Shown: piece after piece, positions 24,038 to 33,980 of the stretch
How positions within the stretch are numbered: the stretch's first letter is position 1
Layout of the letters: the number at the start of each line of letters is the position of its first letter
Assembly (NCBI GenBank): GCA_001724245.1
Contig: MEDX01000030.1
Span: 1 to 39,807 of the forward strand
Origin: Fonticula-like sp. SCN 57-25
Lineage: Eukaryota
DNA: 39,807 nt
Direction: 5' to 3'
Notes under the pieces: model-generated
Told to the model about the DNA's origin: nothing
The model's database searches: none
The model's input: only the letters and a program-made list of their open reading frames with translations
Position numbers and translations under genes: made by a program

Positions 24038-24286
24038 GCTGCACCGCCTATGAAACGCTTTTCAAACGTGCACCGTGCCATGGCACGGCATTATTTTTAT
24101 CATTGATGTAATATTTTCATGAGACGCAGATAAGAGTTAATATATGAAAAAACTGTATTTCAAAAAAGAAAATGTGTACAATACATGTGAACGACACAAT
24201 TGACCTCAACTACATGAATGAAAAAAAAAGCAGCAACAATAGAGACTGCACAAAATGCTTTCTGACGTTATGGGGGTTGGGCATGA

Positions 24287-26842
24287 TTAACCGCGAGTTG
24301 CCTTCAAATGCAGGCCTTGAATAACAGAAATTAAGGAACGGAGGTCCGAGTCGGCGGCCAGACGCAGCGGACGGGTAGCGCGGAGCATGGCGTCGTAGGC
24401 GTTCATTTGGGCCGACATTGAGTTCTTGTTGCCGGTGCGGTACCAGTATACCTCCTCGGTGAGGCGCTCGACAACAATGTTCTCGTTCAGGGCGGCGCGC
24501 ATATGGAACTCCCAGTCTTCGGCGCCGAGGCGGTCGGTGGAGAACCCGTGCAGCATGTCGAACGACTCGCGGCGCGCCAAAAAGGTGGGCCCGCCAAAGA
24601 CGTTGACGAGGGCGCCCGCAGCAATGGGACCGCCCGGCACCGTCCACATCTCGTGCCGCTCGGGGTCCTGCAGCGGCGACTGAGAGCGGAAGTACACGGC
24701 TCCCGTCATCACAATGTCGGCGTCGGTGTGGCAGCCCACGCGCAGCAATGTGCTGATCGCCTTTGGCATGAGCATATCATCGGCGTCCAGGAAGAGAATC
24801 CAGCTGCCCTTGGACTTGGCCGCGCCCTGGTTACGAGAGTCGCCCAGGTAGGTGTTGGTCGGCTTGCGCAGAACCGTGATCTTGAGCGGTGAGACGCGCT
24901 GCTCAACCTCGTCGAGCAGCTGCGCTTGGCTCTCGGTTTCGCTAAAGTCGTCCACAATGATAATCTCGACGTTGGGGTAGTCCTGCTCCTCGACGCTCTG
25001 AATGGCGTCTAGCAGAACCGGTCCGGAGCGGAACGAGGTAATGATGACAGAGATGAGCGGGCACTCGCAGTTGCTGGTGCGCGCCAGGTGCTTGCGGACC
25101 TGCGGCGCGGTCGACGAGCGCGCGCGGAGCCACTTGTGCTGGTCGAGCGCGGACGACACGCGGATCGGGCTTGGCAGCTCGGCGCCGGTGGGCAGCAGGC
25201 TCAGATCGGAGCGCTGGCCAACCTTGACGGCAAGCTCAAACAGCGAAGCGAGTGCGTCGGGCGCCTTCATGAGGGCGTCGGCGGGGCGCGGGAGCACGGC
25301 GCGGGAGCCGCCCTCGGTGAGGAGGTGCGCCAGCGTCTTGGCGAGCGCGTAGCCGTTGGGCTCGATGAGAACGTGCGCTTGGTCCGCGGGGTGGATGAGC
25401 TCAACGGTGCCGCCGACGGCGGTGGCGATGAACGGAATGCACGCCGTGAGCATCTCGAGGACGACATTCGGGCAATTCTCCATGGTTGAAGGCGAAACAG
25501 CAAGGCCGCGGTGGTTGCGGAGGTACTGCTGGGCGGCCTCGGGTGACTCGGCAGAAAGGATGGTCACGACTGTCTTCGGCCAGCGAACGAGTCGGCTGTT
25601 GATGTACACGTCGCCCGTTGGGCCGTCGAACGAGACGGGCTTGACGCGCGCCAGGAAGGTGACGCGAGCCGGCACCTGCGACGGGGGGAGCATCTCGTAG
25701 AGCTTGTCAATGGCATCGCAGAAAATGTCAATACCCTTGAAAAAGTCGGTCTTGCCAAAGAACACGATTTCCTCAAACGGAAGCGCGGTGCCGTAGGGGC
25801 AAGCGTCGAGGCGGCCCATGCGAGGAACCTGCGCGTCTTCTCCGTTCGGCTTGAGCGTCGGCGAAGGGATGGACGCGGTGTTGGGGAGGTTGGGAATGAC
25901 GTAGACGCTTTCCGGCATGACCCAGCCAGCATCGTTGACATAGTCGGCGATGAAGGTCGACGGAGCCAGCACAATGTCACCATAGCGGACGCTCTGGCGC
26001 TCGGTCCAATCGGCGATGAGATCGTTGTGCGACTGCGGCAGGTTCTTCTGGTTGTTGAGCGCCCACAAGTGCGGTCCGTGAAGAACGGGCATGAGCGTGA
26101 CGGCAGAGAAGGCCTCACCCTGGTGCTTGGCGCGCGCAACGTCAAACCCGACACCCATCCACTCGTGGTAGACGAGCGTGTCGCAGAGAGGCTCGTGCAG
26201 CCGCATCCACTCGTACAAATGGCGACTGTAGGTCTGATAACGAGGACCGTGGATGCGGGGATCGCGACGATGGCGCACCATGCAGATGCCGTCAACGTGG
26301 ATCGACCGGTTGCGCTCCCTCATAAAGGTCTCGTTGTCGACGATGAAGGGATCAAGAAAGATGACGCGAACAAAGTGGCCCTCCTTGCGGAGGAAACGAG
26401 CCAAAAGCCGTGTCGACGTGCCGATTCCGCCAGAGGCCAAGCCAACATATTCCGTCGTTGCGAGGCAAATGTTGCCGCGGTTCTCGGCAGCCGGCGGCAG
26501 ATTCGCGCAAAACGGATCGTACACTAGGCCATTGAACTCGAGGTCGTCCGGCGGCAACATATACTGCGAAAGCTCGGTGCTCTGTGGTTTTGACTTGTCG
26601 ACCTTGCCTTTTCCATCAGCACCCGCGCTCGCCTTGCAGTTTGAAACTGGCCGACGGATGTTATCGCGGCGCTGCTGCTCGCGATGCAACTCGACCGTGC
26701 GATCCACGACGGCCCGCTGCGCCACAAAAACCGACTGAACCTCAGTCTGCACTTCTGCTTCTCGAGGAACCGTCAGGTACGTGAGCAGCAGCAGAGCCAA
26801 GGTAAGCAAGAGAAGCCGCTTCGGCCTCCTTACACCCAGCAT
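24287..26842 (-). CDS. Bifunctional glycosyltransferase (GT-B/GT4 + GT-A/GT2) with N-terminal type II membrane anchor, 851 aa, intronless
   Basis: Anchor RRPKRLLLLTLALLLLTYLTV. GT4 motifs GGIGT, FFGKTDFFKG and PSTMENCPNVVLEML...ATAVGGTVELI. GT2 motifs ISVIITSFR...QDYPNVEIIIVDD, RNQG...WILFLDADD and EDWEFH. Confidence 0.85.
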   Translation of the reverse strand: MLGVRRPKRLLLLTLALLLLTYLTVPREAEVQTEVQSVFVAQRAVVDRTVELHREQQRRDNIRRPVSNCKASAGADGKGKVDKSKPQSTELSQYMLPPDDLEFNGLVYDPFCANLPPAAENRGNICLATTEYVGLASGGIGTSTRLLARFLRKEGHFVRVIFLDPFIVDNETFMRERNRSIHVDGICMVRHRRDPRIHGPRYQTYSRHLYEWMRLHEPLCDTLVYHEWMGVGFDVARAKHQGEAFSAVTLMPVLHGPHLWALNNQKNLPQSHNDLIADWTERQSVRYGDIVLAPSTFIADYVNDAGWVMPESVYVIPNLPNTASIPSPTLKPNGEDAQVPRMGRLDACPYGTALPFEEIVFFGKTDFFKGIDIFCDAIDKLYEMLPPSQVPARVTFLARVKPVSFDGPTGDVYINSRLVRWPKTVVTILSAESPEAAQQYLRNHRGLAVSPSTMENCPNVVLEMLTACIPFIATAVGGTVELIHPADQAHVLIEPNGYALAKTLAHLLTEGGSRAVLPRPADALMKAPDALASLFELAVKVGQRSDLSLLPTGAELPSPIRVSSALDQHKWLRARSSTAPQVRKHLARTSNCECPLISVIITSFRSGPVLLDAIQSVEEQDYPNVEIIIVDDFSETESQAQLLDEVEQRVSPLKITVLRKPTNTYLGDSRNQGAAKSKGSWILFLDADDMLMPKAISTLLRVGCHTDADIVMTGAVYFRSQSPLQDPERHEMWTVPGGPIAAGALVNVFGGPTFLARRESFDMLHGFSTDRLGAEDWEFHMRAALNENIVVERLTEEVYWYRTGNKNSMSAQMNAYDAMLRATRPLRLAADSDLRSLISVIQGLHLKATRG

Positions 26843-26928
26843 CGTTGCGTGCGTCCGCAAAAAGAATCTAGACGCCCACGTGGATAGACGAGCTCTTCAG
26901 AAATGCACGCTAAAATTAAAAATACCTC

Positions 26929-26961
26929 ATCACGTGACCAAATAAACCCTTGTCACGTGAT
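26929..26961. promoter_or_regulatory. Paired inverted extended E-boxes (RTCACGTGAY) in the divergent GT/methyltransferase promoter
   Basis: ATCACGTGAC at 26929-26938 and its exact reverse complement GTCACGTGAT at 26952-26961; a further CCACGTGG near 26876-26883. Confidence 0.55.
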
Positions 26962-27026
26962 TGTTTTGCGATCGTCCTTCATCGAGTCGATTCGACGCTG
27001 TGTTAATCATCCGGACGCTGTCCGCG

Positions 27027-27954
27027 ATGCTGAGCAGCACGGCAGTCCGTTCAGGTGGCAAGGGGGCTGCCGTCCAGGGTGGTACGTGGACTGGAGGCGA
27101 GGCGCGGGACCTTTTTGTCGCGCAGAGCGGCGCGTACCGCGACTTTCGTCCGGTGTACCCTGCCGCACTCTACGAAGCGATCAAGGGGTATGCCTCGATA
27201 AAAAATGGCGCGAAACAGGAGCTTGTGGTCGATGTCGGGTGCGGATCGGGCCAAGCGACAGTCCCGCTGTCCCAGCTGTACGAAAGAGTGATTGCATTTG
27301 ATGCGTCCGCGGAGCAGGTCAGAGAGGCACCCGCCCTGCCCAATGTTGCATACAAGATTGGCGCCGGCGAGGAGATTGACAGCATTGTGGGCGGTGATGA
27401 TCATGCGCACGTGGACTTGATCACGGTGGCGCAGGCGCTTCACTGGGTCGACGTGTCCCGCTTTTACCCAGCCGCCGCCAAGGTTTTGCGGCCTTCAACA
27501 GGCGTGGTACGCCATCCCTTTGGACCATCGTGATGGCCGGCCGCTGACGTTCCACTAGCTTGCCACGTGGGGCTACCAGACAAACACTTTTCCGGGGCGC
27601 AATGACGCCGTGGCGGTCCTGGACGAGCTTTACAATGGCGTACTGGGCCCGTACTGGTCGCCTCGCCGGCACCTGCTCGAGAACGAATACGCGGGACTCG
27701 AGCCAACGGGACCAGACTTTGTGGATGTCGAGCGAGCCCGCCTCAAGATGCAGGCCTCAATGTCATTCGGCCACTATATTGGATACCTTCGGTCGTGGTC
27801 CGCGTACCAGACGTACCTCAAGAAGCACCCTGACCGCGCAGATCCCATCGACGAGTGGATGCCGAGGCTGCGCGAGGCGCTGCAGGTTAAGGATGACACG
27901 GAATCTGTGCTGATCGAGTGGCCGCTTTTCCTTATCCTCTCTCGTCGCTCTTAA
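27027..27954 (+). CDS. Class I SAM-dependent small-molecule methyltransferase (Crg1/Tmt1-like)
   Basis: Motifs YRDFRPVYP, motif I VVDVGCGSGQAT, DLITVAQALHWVD and GYLRSWSAYQ. Intron 27507-27558 joins ...STGV|LATWGY. Confidence 0.85.
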
Positions 27955-28372
27955 TGTAGTGTTTTCGTACAGTATTCATGACCGGTTCCCATGCGGATAG
28001 AGAATATTTAAAAGTCTGACTTTTGTGTACTTGTAGTGAATGTAGTATTTACCCAGTGTTAGGTTTGTAATTCTGAATGCATAATACAATACAAAATATC
28101 ACAGTATCCTTGTCTTCAGGCATTCGTGTCTAGTACTATTTTCCTATATGTTTATTTCCTTTGGAGTTTATACGTTGTATTGGTGTGTCGCGTTGTCGTT
28201 GATCTACCCAGAGGATACCCTCACGGGCAGTGTACCAACCCCGCCGAAAGGGTAGTTTTCACAGCCTTTCTGTTTTGATCTCGCGACTGCGTAGCGCGAC
28301 CACTCGCCATTGTGCAATAGGCGGTGACGCGACTCTATGCAGCCTCTTCAAAGTGCACGTCGAATCGCGCGC

Positions 28373-28447
28373 GCGCGAAAGGTCATGACGAAAAAATCGT
28401 GCAAAATTGTGGGATGCACCTTGAAACTGTTAGGATTTGGCGGGAAA
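28373..28447 (-). promoter_or_regulatory. Two E2F-consensus (TTTSSCGC) sites upstream of RMI1
   Basis: GCGCGAAA at 28373-28380 and TTGGCGGGAAA at 28437-28447, within about 100 bp of the RMI1 ATG. Confidence 0.45.
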
Positions 28448-28476
28448 CCGGTGGTGCGCTCGGTGCGGTTCCAACG

Positions 28477-30333
28477 ATGGCGGCCGCGGCGGAGGTTCGC
28501 CCGTTTCTGGAGCGGCAAGGCGCGCGCCCACGGCTAGAATGGCTTGACGCTAGACTTGCGCAGGGTTGGCATCAGGCCGAGGGGGATCAGATCAGGTTAC
28601 CATTCGGGGGTGGCGCTGCCCCGGCGACGCCGGCCGGACAGGCGTGGGCGGCGCTCGTCCATGCCGACATTGCCGAGTCGTCTCTGCCTGTTCTTCAGGC
28701 GAGCTTATTGGCGCCCGGGCGGAACCGCCTTGTCGGAATGTATTTATTAGAGTTGCGCGACGTGAGGGATGTTGCGTCATCCTGCTTGGCGCAGTTGGAG
28801 CGCGCAGAAATGAGCGGGAAAAATGAAGGTGCGCCACCCTTGAGGAATCCCTGGTAGCGGGCGACTGACGCTAGCACGGCGTTTTTATAGAACAATGGCT
28901 CGACGCACTGGCGGGCGATGACGACGACAATGCGGATGATCAGCCTGGCAGCGGAGGAAACCAGGGAAAGAACAGCAAAAAAGGCCCACCAGCACCGCGG
29001 TTCCGTGCCCGACGCGCCCTGCGACTCACACTCTCCGACGGCGTGAGTACCGTCAGCGCTTTTGAAGATTCGCCAATTCCCGAGCTGAACGTGTCGCTTC
29101 CTGTCGGCACCAAAGTGCGCTATTTCCCATTTTCCCGCCCATTTTAAACAATTTTCGCGCAGATTTGCCTTCGCGACTGCGACGTGTGCAACGGCGTCAT
29201 CTTTCTGGGGCCCGCCAACGTGAGCGTCCTTGGCGGCGCCCGCCCAGACTGGGAAGAACTTTATGGCGACTTTCCTTCGCGCCTTCGCCGCGCTCTGCAG
29301 TACATTTTCACTTGATGCCAAGTCGCTTTACTGACCTTTTGCTAGGGACCTGCCAAACAAGGACGCGCCATCGGAAGCACCGGCGGCAGCCCCCAAGAAG
29401 CGGGCCCCGCGCGAGCCGAAAGAGCAGCCACCAGCAAAGGCGGCTCGCGTAAAGAAGGCGCCGGTGGAAAGGGCGGCGCCGGTGGAAAGGGCGGCGCCTG
29501 CGGTGCCACCGCCCGCGCCACCACGAGCAGCGCCAGCGGATGCTGCACTGGGAGGGCTGCAGGACAGCGACTTTGATGACGACTTTGACGATGACGACCT
29601 CTTGCTTGGCCGCGTGCCGGCGCGCCGTCCGCCCGCTCGCGCGCAGCCGCCGGCGCAGCCGACCCCGCCGGAACCTGCTCGCTCACAGGCAACCCCGCCG
29701 CACGCTGTGCCGACACCGCCGGTGACCCTCTCGCCGGTGCACTCGCCGGCTGTGGCGGCACCCGCTTCGACGCCGCGACTGCCCGCTCTGTCACAGCTTC
29801 CGGCCAGGAGCGCGGCCGCGGCGGCGCCTCCGTCGACCAACTGGGGCGTGCACCGGCTCGCCGACATTGCCGAGCGGCCGCCGGCCTTTCCGGTCAACGT
29901 CAAGGTGCGCCCATTCTTTAATATTCATTTTTCTAACCGCGCTGCTTGATAGGCCGTTGTTGTCACCTGCATTGGCCGCATGCAACTGGACCACGCCGCT
30001 TTCTCCTTCCAGGCTGTCATATCGGACGGCTCGGCCGCCCTGCAGGTCCTCTTTTCCACCCCCGTGGTGACCGAGATGATGGGCGTCGACCCCCTCGCCT
30101 ATGCCGCGCTGCCAAAGGAAGGAAAGGCGCAGGCCCGCGCTAGCCTGATGAACGTCATTCTGCGTAAGGAAGCGATTTTCCTGCTCGACTGCAGCAAGCA
30201 GGGCAGCGCCATTCCCGAGATCCGCAGTCACCGGTCCCTCTCGGTGAGCGACGCCCACACGCAGGCGGGCGTGCTCGCGGCCTTTATGGCCGACAGGCTC
30301 GACGCCCTGCCGCCCAACCCATTCCCCGTGTAA
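28477..30333 (+). CDS. RMI1: RecQ-mediated genome instability protein 1 (OB folds; BTR complex)
   Basis: Spliced RRALRLTLSDGVSTVSAFEDSPIPELNVSLPVGTK|ICL...GVIFLGPANVSVLGG matches the RMI1 N-terminal OB fold; C-terminal FQAVISDGSA..V.F....EMMG matches RMI1_C. Introns at 28829-28890, 29115-29162, 29300-29345 and 29905-29952. Confidence 0.88.
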
Positions 30334-30401
30334 ATTCAGTGTGTTTTATTGTACAATCAGGGCTGACCCTAATGAATTCTATGATTTTATTACATTGGAC
30401 C

Positions 30402-31443
30402 TTACGCACGGCCGTCTCTGTGCTCGCGATGTCGGTGATGCTCGCGATGGTCCCTCGACCTGTACGACGCGGGCGAGCGGCTGCGGTGCCGACGGTCGTC
30501 CCGCGAGCGGTCCCGTCGGCGTTCCCTCGACCTGCTGCGTCGGCGAGAGCGGCTGCGTCGGCGATCCCTCGAGCGGCTGCGGCTGCGTCGGCGGCCGTCG
30601 TGGCCATCAGACCTTTCCCGACGCCCGCCATGGCCATCGGGCCTTTGCTCCGCCTTGTCCGACTCTTCCTGCTGACGCATTCGCATAAGGCGCTGAAAGT
30701 CGCTCGTTGCGCCCTGGATAATGTAGCGGAAGATGACGGTGGGGGTGCGGTTCAGGAAGCCGCTGCCGCGCTTGCGATAAGACTCGCGACGGCGCTTGAT
30801 GTCCTGCTCTTCGCGCTGTATCCTCTGCGCATCCTCTTCCTGGCGCTTGACTGAAAGAGTGGTGTGAGAACGAAAAGTGGGGGAGAAGAAACGTACGGCG
30901 GGCCAGCCGCAGATCTCGCAGGGGTGCGTCCAGAGAGGTGTCTATCTTGAAAGGCGGGGCGGGGAGTTGAGCGCGTGCCTGCTCGAATATGTGGCGGTCC
31001 CGCTCGTAATCAACTGAATAGTCGCTCTGGGGTGGCAGAAAAGGGACCCGCAACTACAACGCAAATGTCAGTCACGACCAGTATGGCTCCCGTCATCGCA
31101 CCGTGATCACGTTCCCGCCACTCGCGGCCGGACGCGGTTCCGCGGCATCCTCGGGCACAATCCGAAGCGACACAATATGCGGAGCGCTCTTGTGAGCAAA
31201 AAAGCTACTTACGCTCTTATTTGGCTGCGCCGGCCTCGGCGTGTCGGGCGATCCGCGCATCCTTGCCTCGCACCGTTGCACATGTCTCGCCAGCGACCGT
31301 CGAGGGACGCGATGCTCCCTGTTCCACGGACAGGGGACCTGCTCCTCAGCTTCGAGTGCATCGACGGTCTTGTTGAGCGCACTCAGTGCCTCGTCTAAGC
31401 GAGCACGTTGTGCTCGGATAAACTCGCGCAGCTCGCTCGTCAT
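30402..31443 (-). CDS. SNRNP48: U11/U12 snRNP 48 kDa protein (CHHC zinc finger, RS-rich tail)
   Basis: CHHC finger VPCPWNREHRVPRRSLARHVQRC and DIKRRRESYR (human DYKRRRQSYR). Introns at 31054-31101 and 30851-30896; RS-rich C-terminus. Confidence 0.8.
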
Positions 31444-31529
31444 TGTCACCTCGGCATGCGTTTCACTTGCGCTGTCCTGATCTGCTGACGCGCACTTTGC
31501 TGACTCACCATCTCTGTTGTGTCACCGAA

Positions 31530-32831
31530 ATGCGGGCAGCCTTAGAATCCGTGAGGACCGCAGTGTCGAGCTCGCTTTCGGCGCTTCGCCGGCCACGGCG
31601 GCAGGCTGACATTGGACTTTTAATTAAATGCGCGGTGCAGTTGCGGGATGTTGTCCAGGCATTGGAAACGCTTCAGCCGACCCCCGCCAACCAAGAGCGC
31701 GGCGCTGCCCTGATCGAGCAGCTGCGCGAGCGCCAAAAGGCCGTCCTGGACGCCATCGAGCTCGTCGGTACGTGTGGCGCTGTATTTCTGTGTATGTGCT
31801 AACAAAAGACAATAGGCCAGCGGCTATCGAAAGTTGGCGCGAGATTGCGCGGCGTGCTCCCCCTGGACCGGACGTATCGGCTAAAGTTTGAGGCGCGCTC
31901 GCTTGTTGCGTACACGACATTCCCTGGTACGCCCCGCAAGTCTGAGTGTTCCTTCTTTTAATATTTATGTAGCTTCTGTGTTTTACGCGTGCGAGGCCGT
32001 CTATCTTGGCGGGAATGTTGATGGCGTCGACCCTGAGCCCCTTCGTCCTCCCGCCGCCTCCCTCCGCGCCGGCTTCCAGTGCATCGTGCAGCTCTCCGTC
32101 CATATGTCGACGCTTTCCCTTGACACGTCGATATCGACGGCCCGCATGCGTCTCTGCCGCACAATTCTTGCTTTCGACCGCGACTGGGCCGCCTTTGAGT
32201 GGGCGTACCTGAGCCAGATCGCCCCCCGCCACCCTTCCACAGTGACTGACGAGCTCGTGCGGCTCACTTGCCTCCTGTCGCACCTCCTGCTGGAGGTGCA
32301 GGAGAAAAAGTGGGCGACGCCGGACGAGGTCGCGGCGTGCGACCCGCGCATCCTGGTGGGTGTCCTGCGGCTCGCCGTGCTGCAGGCGTTCATCGACAGC
32401 GACGTCGAGGACGTGTTTGCGTATGCGCAGGCCGAGGCGACCGACGGGGACGCGTGGGGGTCGCTGAGAAGGGCGATGAGGGACGTGCGGCCTGGGCAGC
32501 GGGACACGCTCCGCAAGGCGCTCTGCAGCCCGCTCGGGAGCGCCGAGCTCGACGACGTCGTGCCGTCGGCCAGCGACAATGTCGACCTCGCCGACGTCGC
32601 CGCGGCGGTAGCCGGCGCTGACGACGTCATGGCGGCCGCCGCGGCCATGCCCGACGCGCTGCACGTGGCCTTTAAGCACTGCTGCAGTGTTGCCGACGTG
32701 CGCTGGCTTTTGCTATTGGTGGCGTGGTCTAACGTTGTTTCTAGGGGATTGTTGGACGGGGGAGATTTGCTGTGGACGTTTCCGAAGCGCTGAAAACTGC
32801 GTTCAAATTGGCCAGCAGCGGCAATTCATGA
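31530..32831 (+). CDS. LST2/ZFYVE28 N-terminal-domain homolog without FYVE, 386 aa
   Basis: Introns at 31768-31815, 31927-31972 and 32698-32744. Product includes RTYRLKF, FYACEAV, EPLRPPAASL, AFDRDWAAFEWAYL, DPRILVGVLRLAV and CSVAD...ALKTAF, paralleling LST2 (FDVLFAEFELSYV, EPALMFSIPRLAI, ISGVADQL). Confidence 0.7.
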
Positions 32832-32968
32832 TTGTTGACAAGGCATTTTAACCGCTTTTTGATTGTCTAAATTGTTTGTCGATAGTGTTTTGTTCGTATT
32901 TGCTGTTGTTATAGTAAGTTTGTATGAGTACATGTACAGAGATGATCATCAATATTTACAAAACAATT

Positions 32969-33850
32969 CTACTTGCCGCCGTCGCTCGGCTGGTCGTCCT
33001 CTGACTCTGACGACGCCGATCCCGACGCACTCGGAACACGCTCCGGCACGATCGTAAAGTCTTCTAGCTCGTTCAGGCCCACTGCGTAGAATACCGGGAA
33101 CTCGACGACCATGGTGTTTGCCAGCGCGCTCTCGATTGTCCGCTCGGCCGGCTGCTCGTACCGGACGTACGACGGCGGCCCCGCCTCTGGCGAGCGCGCC
33201 ATGACGCACAGCTGATCCGCCCCTGCTATAATGTATCTGTGCAGGCGCACTCGCGCCGGAGCCTCTGGCTCGAGCGAAGTGAACAGTGCCGCGAGGCAGT
33301 CCTTTAAAGACGTGTCGTCCTGCACGCCGTCCACGCACAGTCGCACATCGCACGTCGGGAAAACCCACTCAACGCGCCACCGGATCTTTCCTTCGCGCGT
33401 GCTATAAAACGATGTGTTGCTCTTGTGCCGCGACATCCCCGCCGGCATCAGCTGCAGCGAGATGCGGCGATTGGACGCCTGGCGGTGCAGCTGACGGAAT
33501 CGAGGGGCAAGCTTGGCGGCGACGCTCGCGCCCGCCTTGCCGGCAGGGGGCGCGTGGCGCTGCGCATTGTCCGTCAAACGCGCCGCGTCCTCCAGAAAGC
33601 CGATATCTGCGATCCCGCTCAGTGACGTGTTGTAGAACCGCGTGGGCGTACCGCTCATGAGGTTCACGTCCGTGTAGTCATGGACGCCGACAAACGCCGT
33701 CCGCGGACGGCGGCCGTCGCATCCCGTCTTGGCCTTGTGCGCCTTTACGCACGCTAGCGAGCACGTCACCTGCTGGCAGCCCGGGCACCGGTACTTCCAC
33801 GGCGCCGTCGTGCAGACGCTGCACAGCGCCGCCGCCGTCGAGGTCGCCAT
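32969..33850 (-). CDS. ZNHIT6: Box C/D snoRNP assembly factor Bcd1/ZNHIT6 (zf-HIT)
   Basis: CSVC...KYRCPGC..VTCSLACVKAHK..TGCDGRR, NLMS|DIGFLE, MPAGMSRHKSN.S, WRVEW and VVEFPVF. One 45-nt intron at 33607-33651; ATG at 33850. Confidence 0.9.
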   Translation of the reverse strand: MATSTAAALCSVCTTAPWKYRCPGCQQVTCSLACVKAHKAKTGCDGRRPRTAFVGVHDYTDVNLMSGTPTRFYNTSLSGIADIGFLEDAARLTDNAQRHAPPAGKAGASVAAKLAPRFRQLHRQASNRRISLQLMPAGMSRHKSNTSFYSTREGKIRWRVEWVFPTCDVRLCVDGVQDDTSLKDCLAALFTSLEPEAPARVRLHRYIIAGADQLCVMARSPEAGPPSYVRYEQPAERTIESALANTMVVEFPVFYAVGLNELEDFTIVPERVPSASGSASSESEDDQPSDGGK

Positions 33851-33980
33851 GACGCGTGCAATCTGCAAACTGAAATGCGCCGTCAGCATCGGAAAAATTG
33901 CAAGCGATGACTGAACGCGAGACGGCAAGGGGCAAGGATGACGCGCCATCATTTGCGACAAGGCGCCTCCCGCGTCGACC

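Noticed and set aside
28104-28111. GTATCCTT, a U12-type 5' splice-site-like motif
   Set aside because: It lies outside any coding region and has no downstream TCCTTAAC-type branch point.
28204-28255. Superficial SAM-I riboswitch resemblance (CCAGAG...GTACCAA...GAAAG) near a SAM methyltransferase
   Set aside because: Far too short; it lacks the P2 kink-turn, the GCAAC element and the AUC/GAU P1 core. Kept only as a generic structure candidate.
20430-28476. Transposon or viral insertion boundaries around the accessory block
   Set aside because: No terminal inverted repeats, LTRs, target-site duplication, transposase, integrase or capsid gene were seen by eye.
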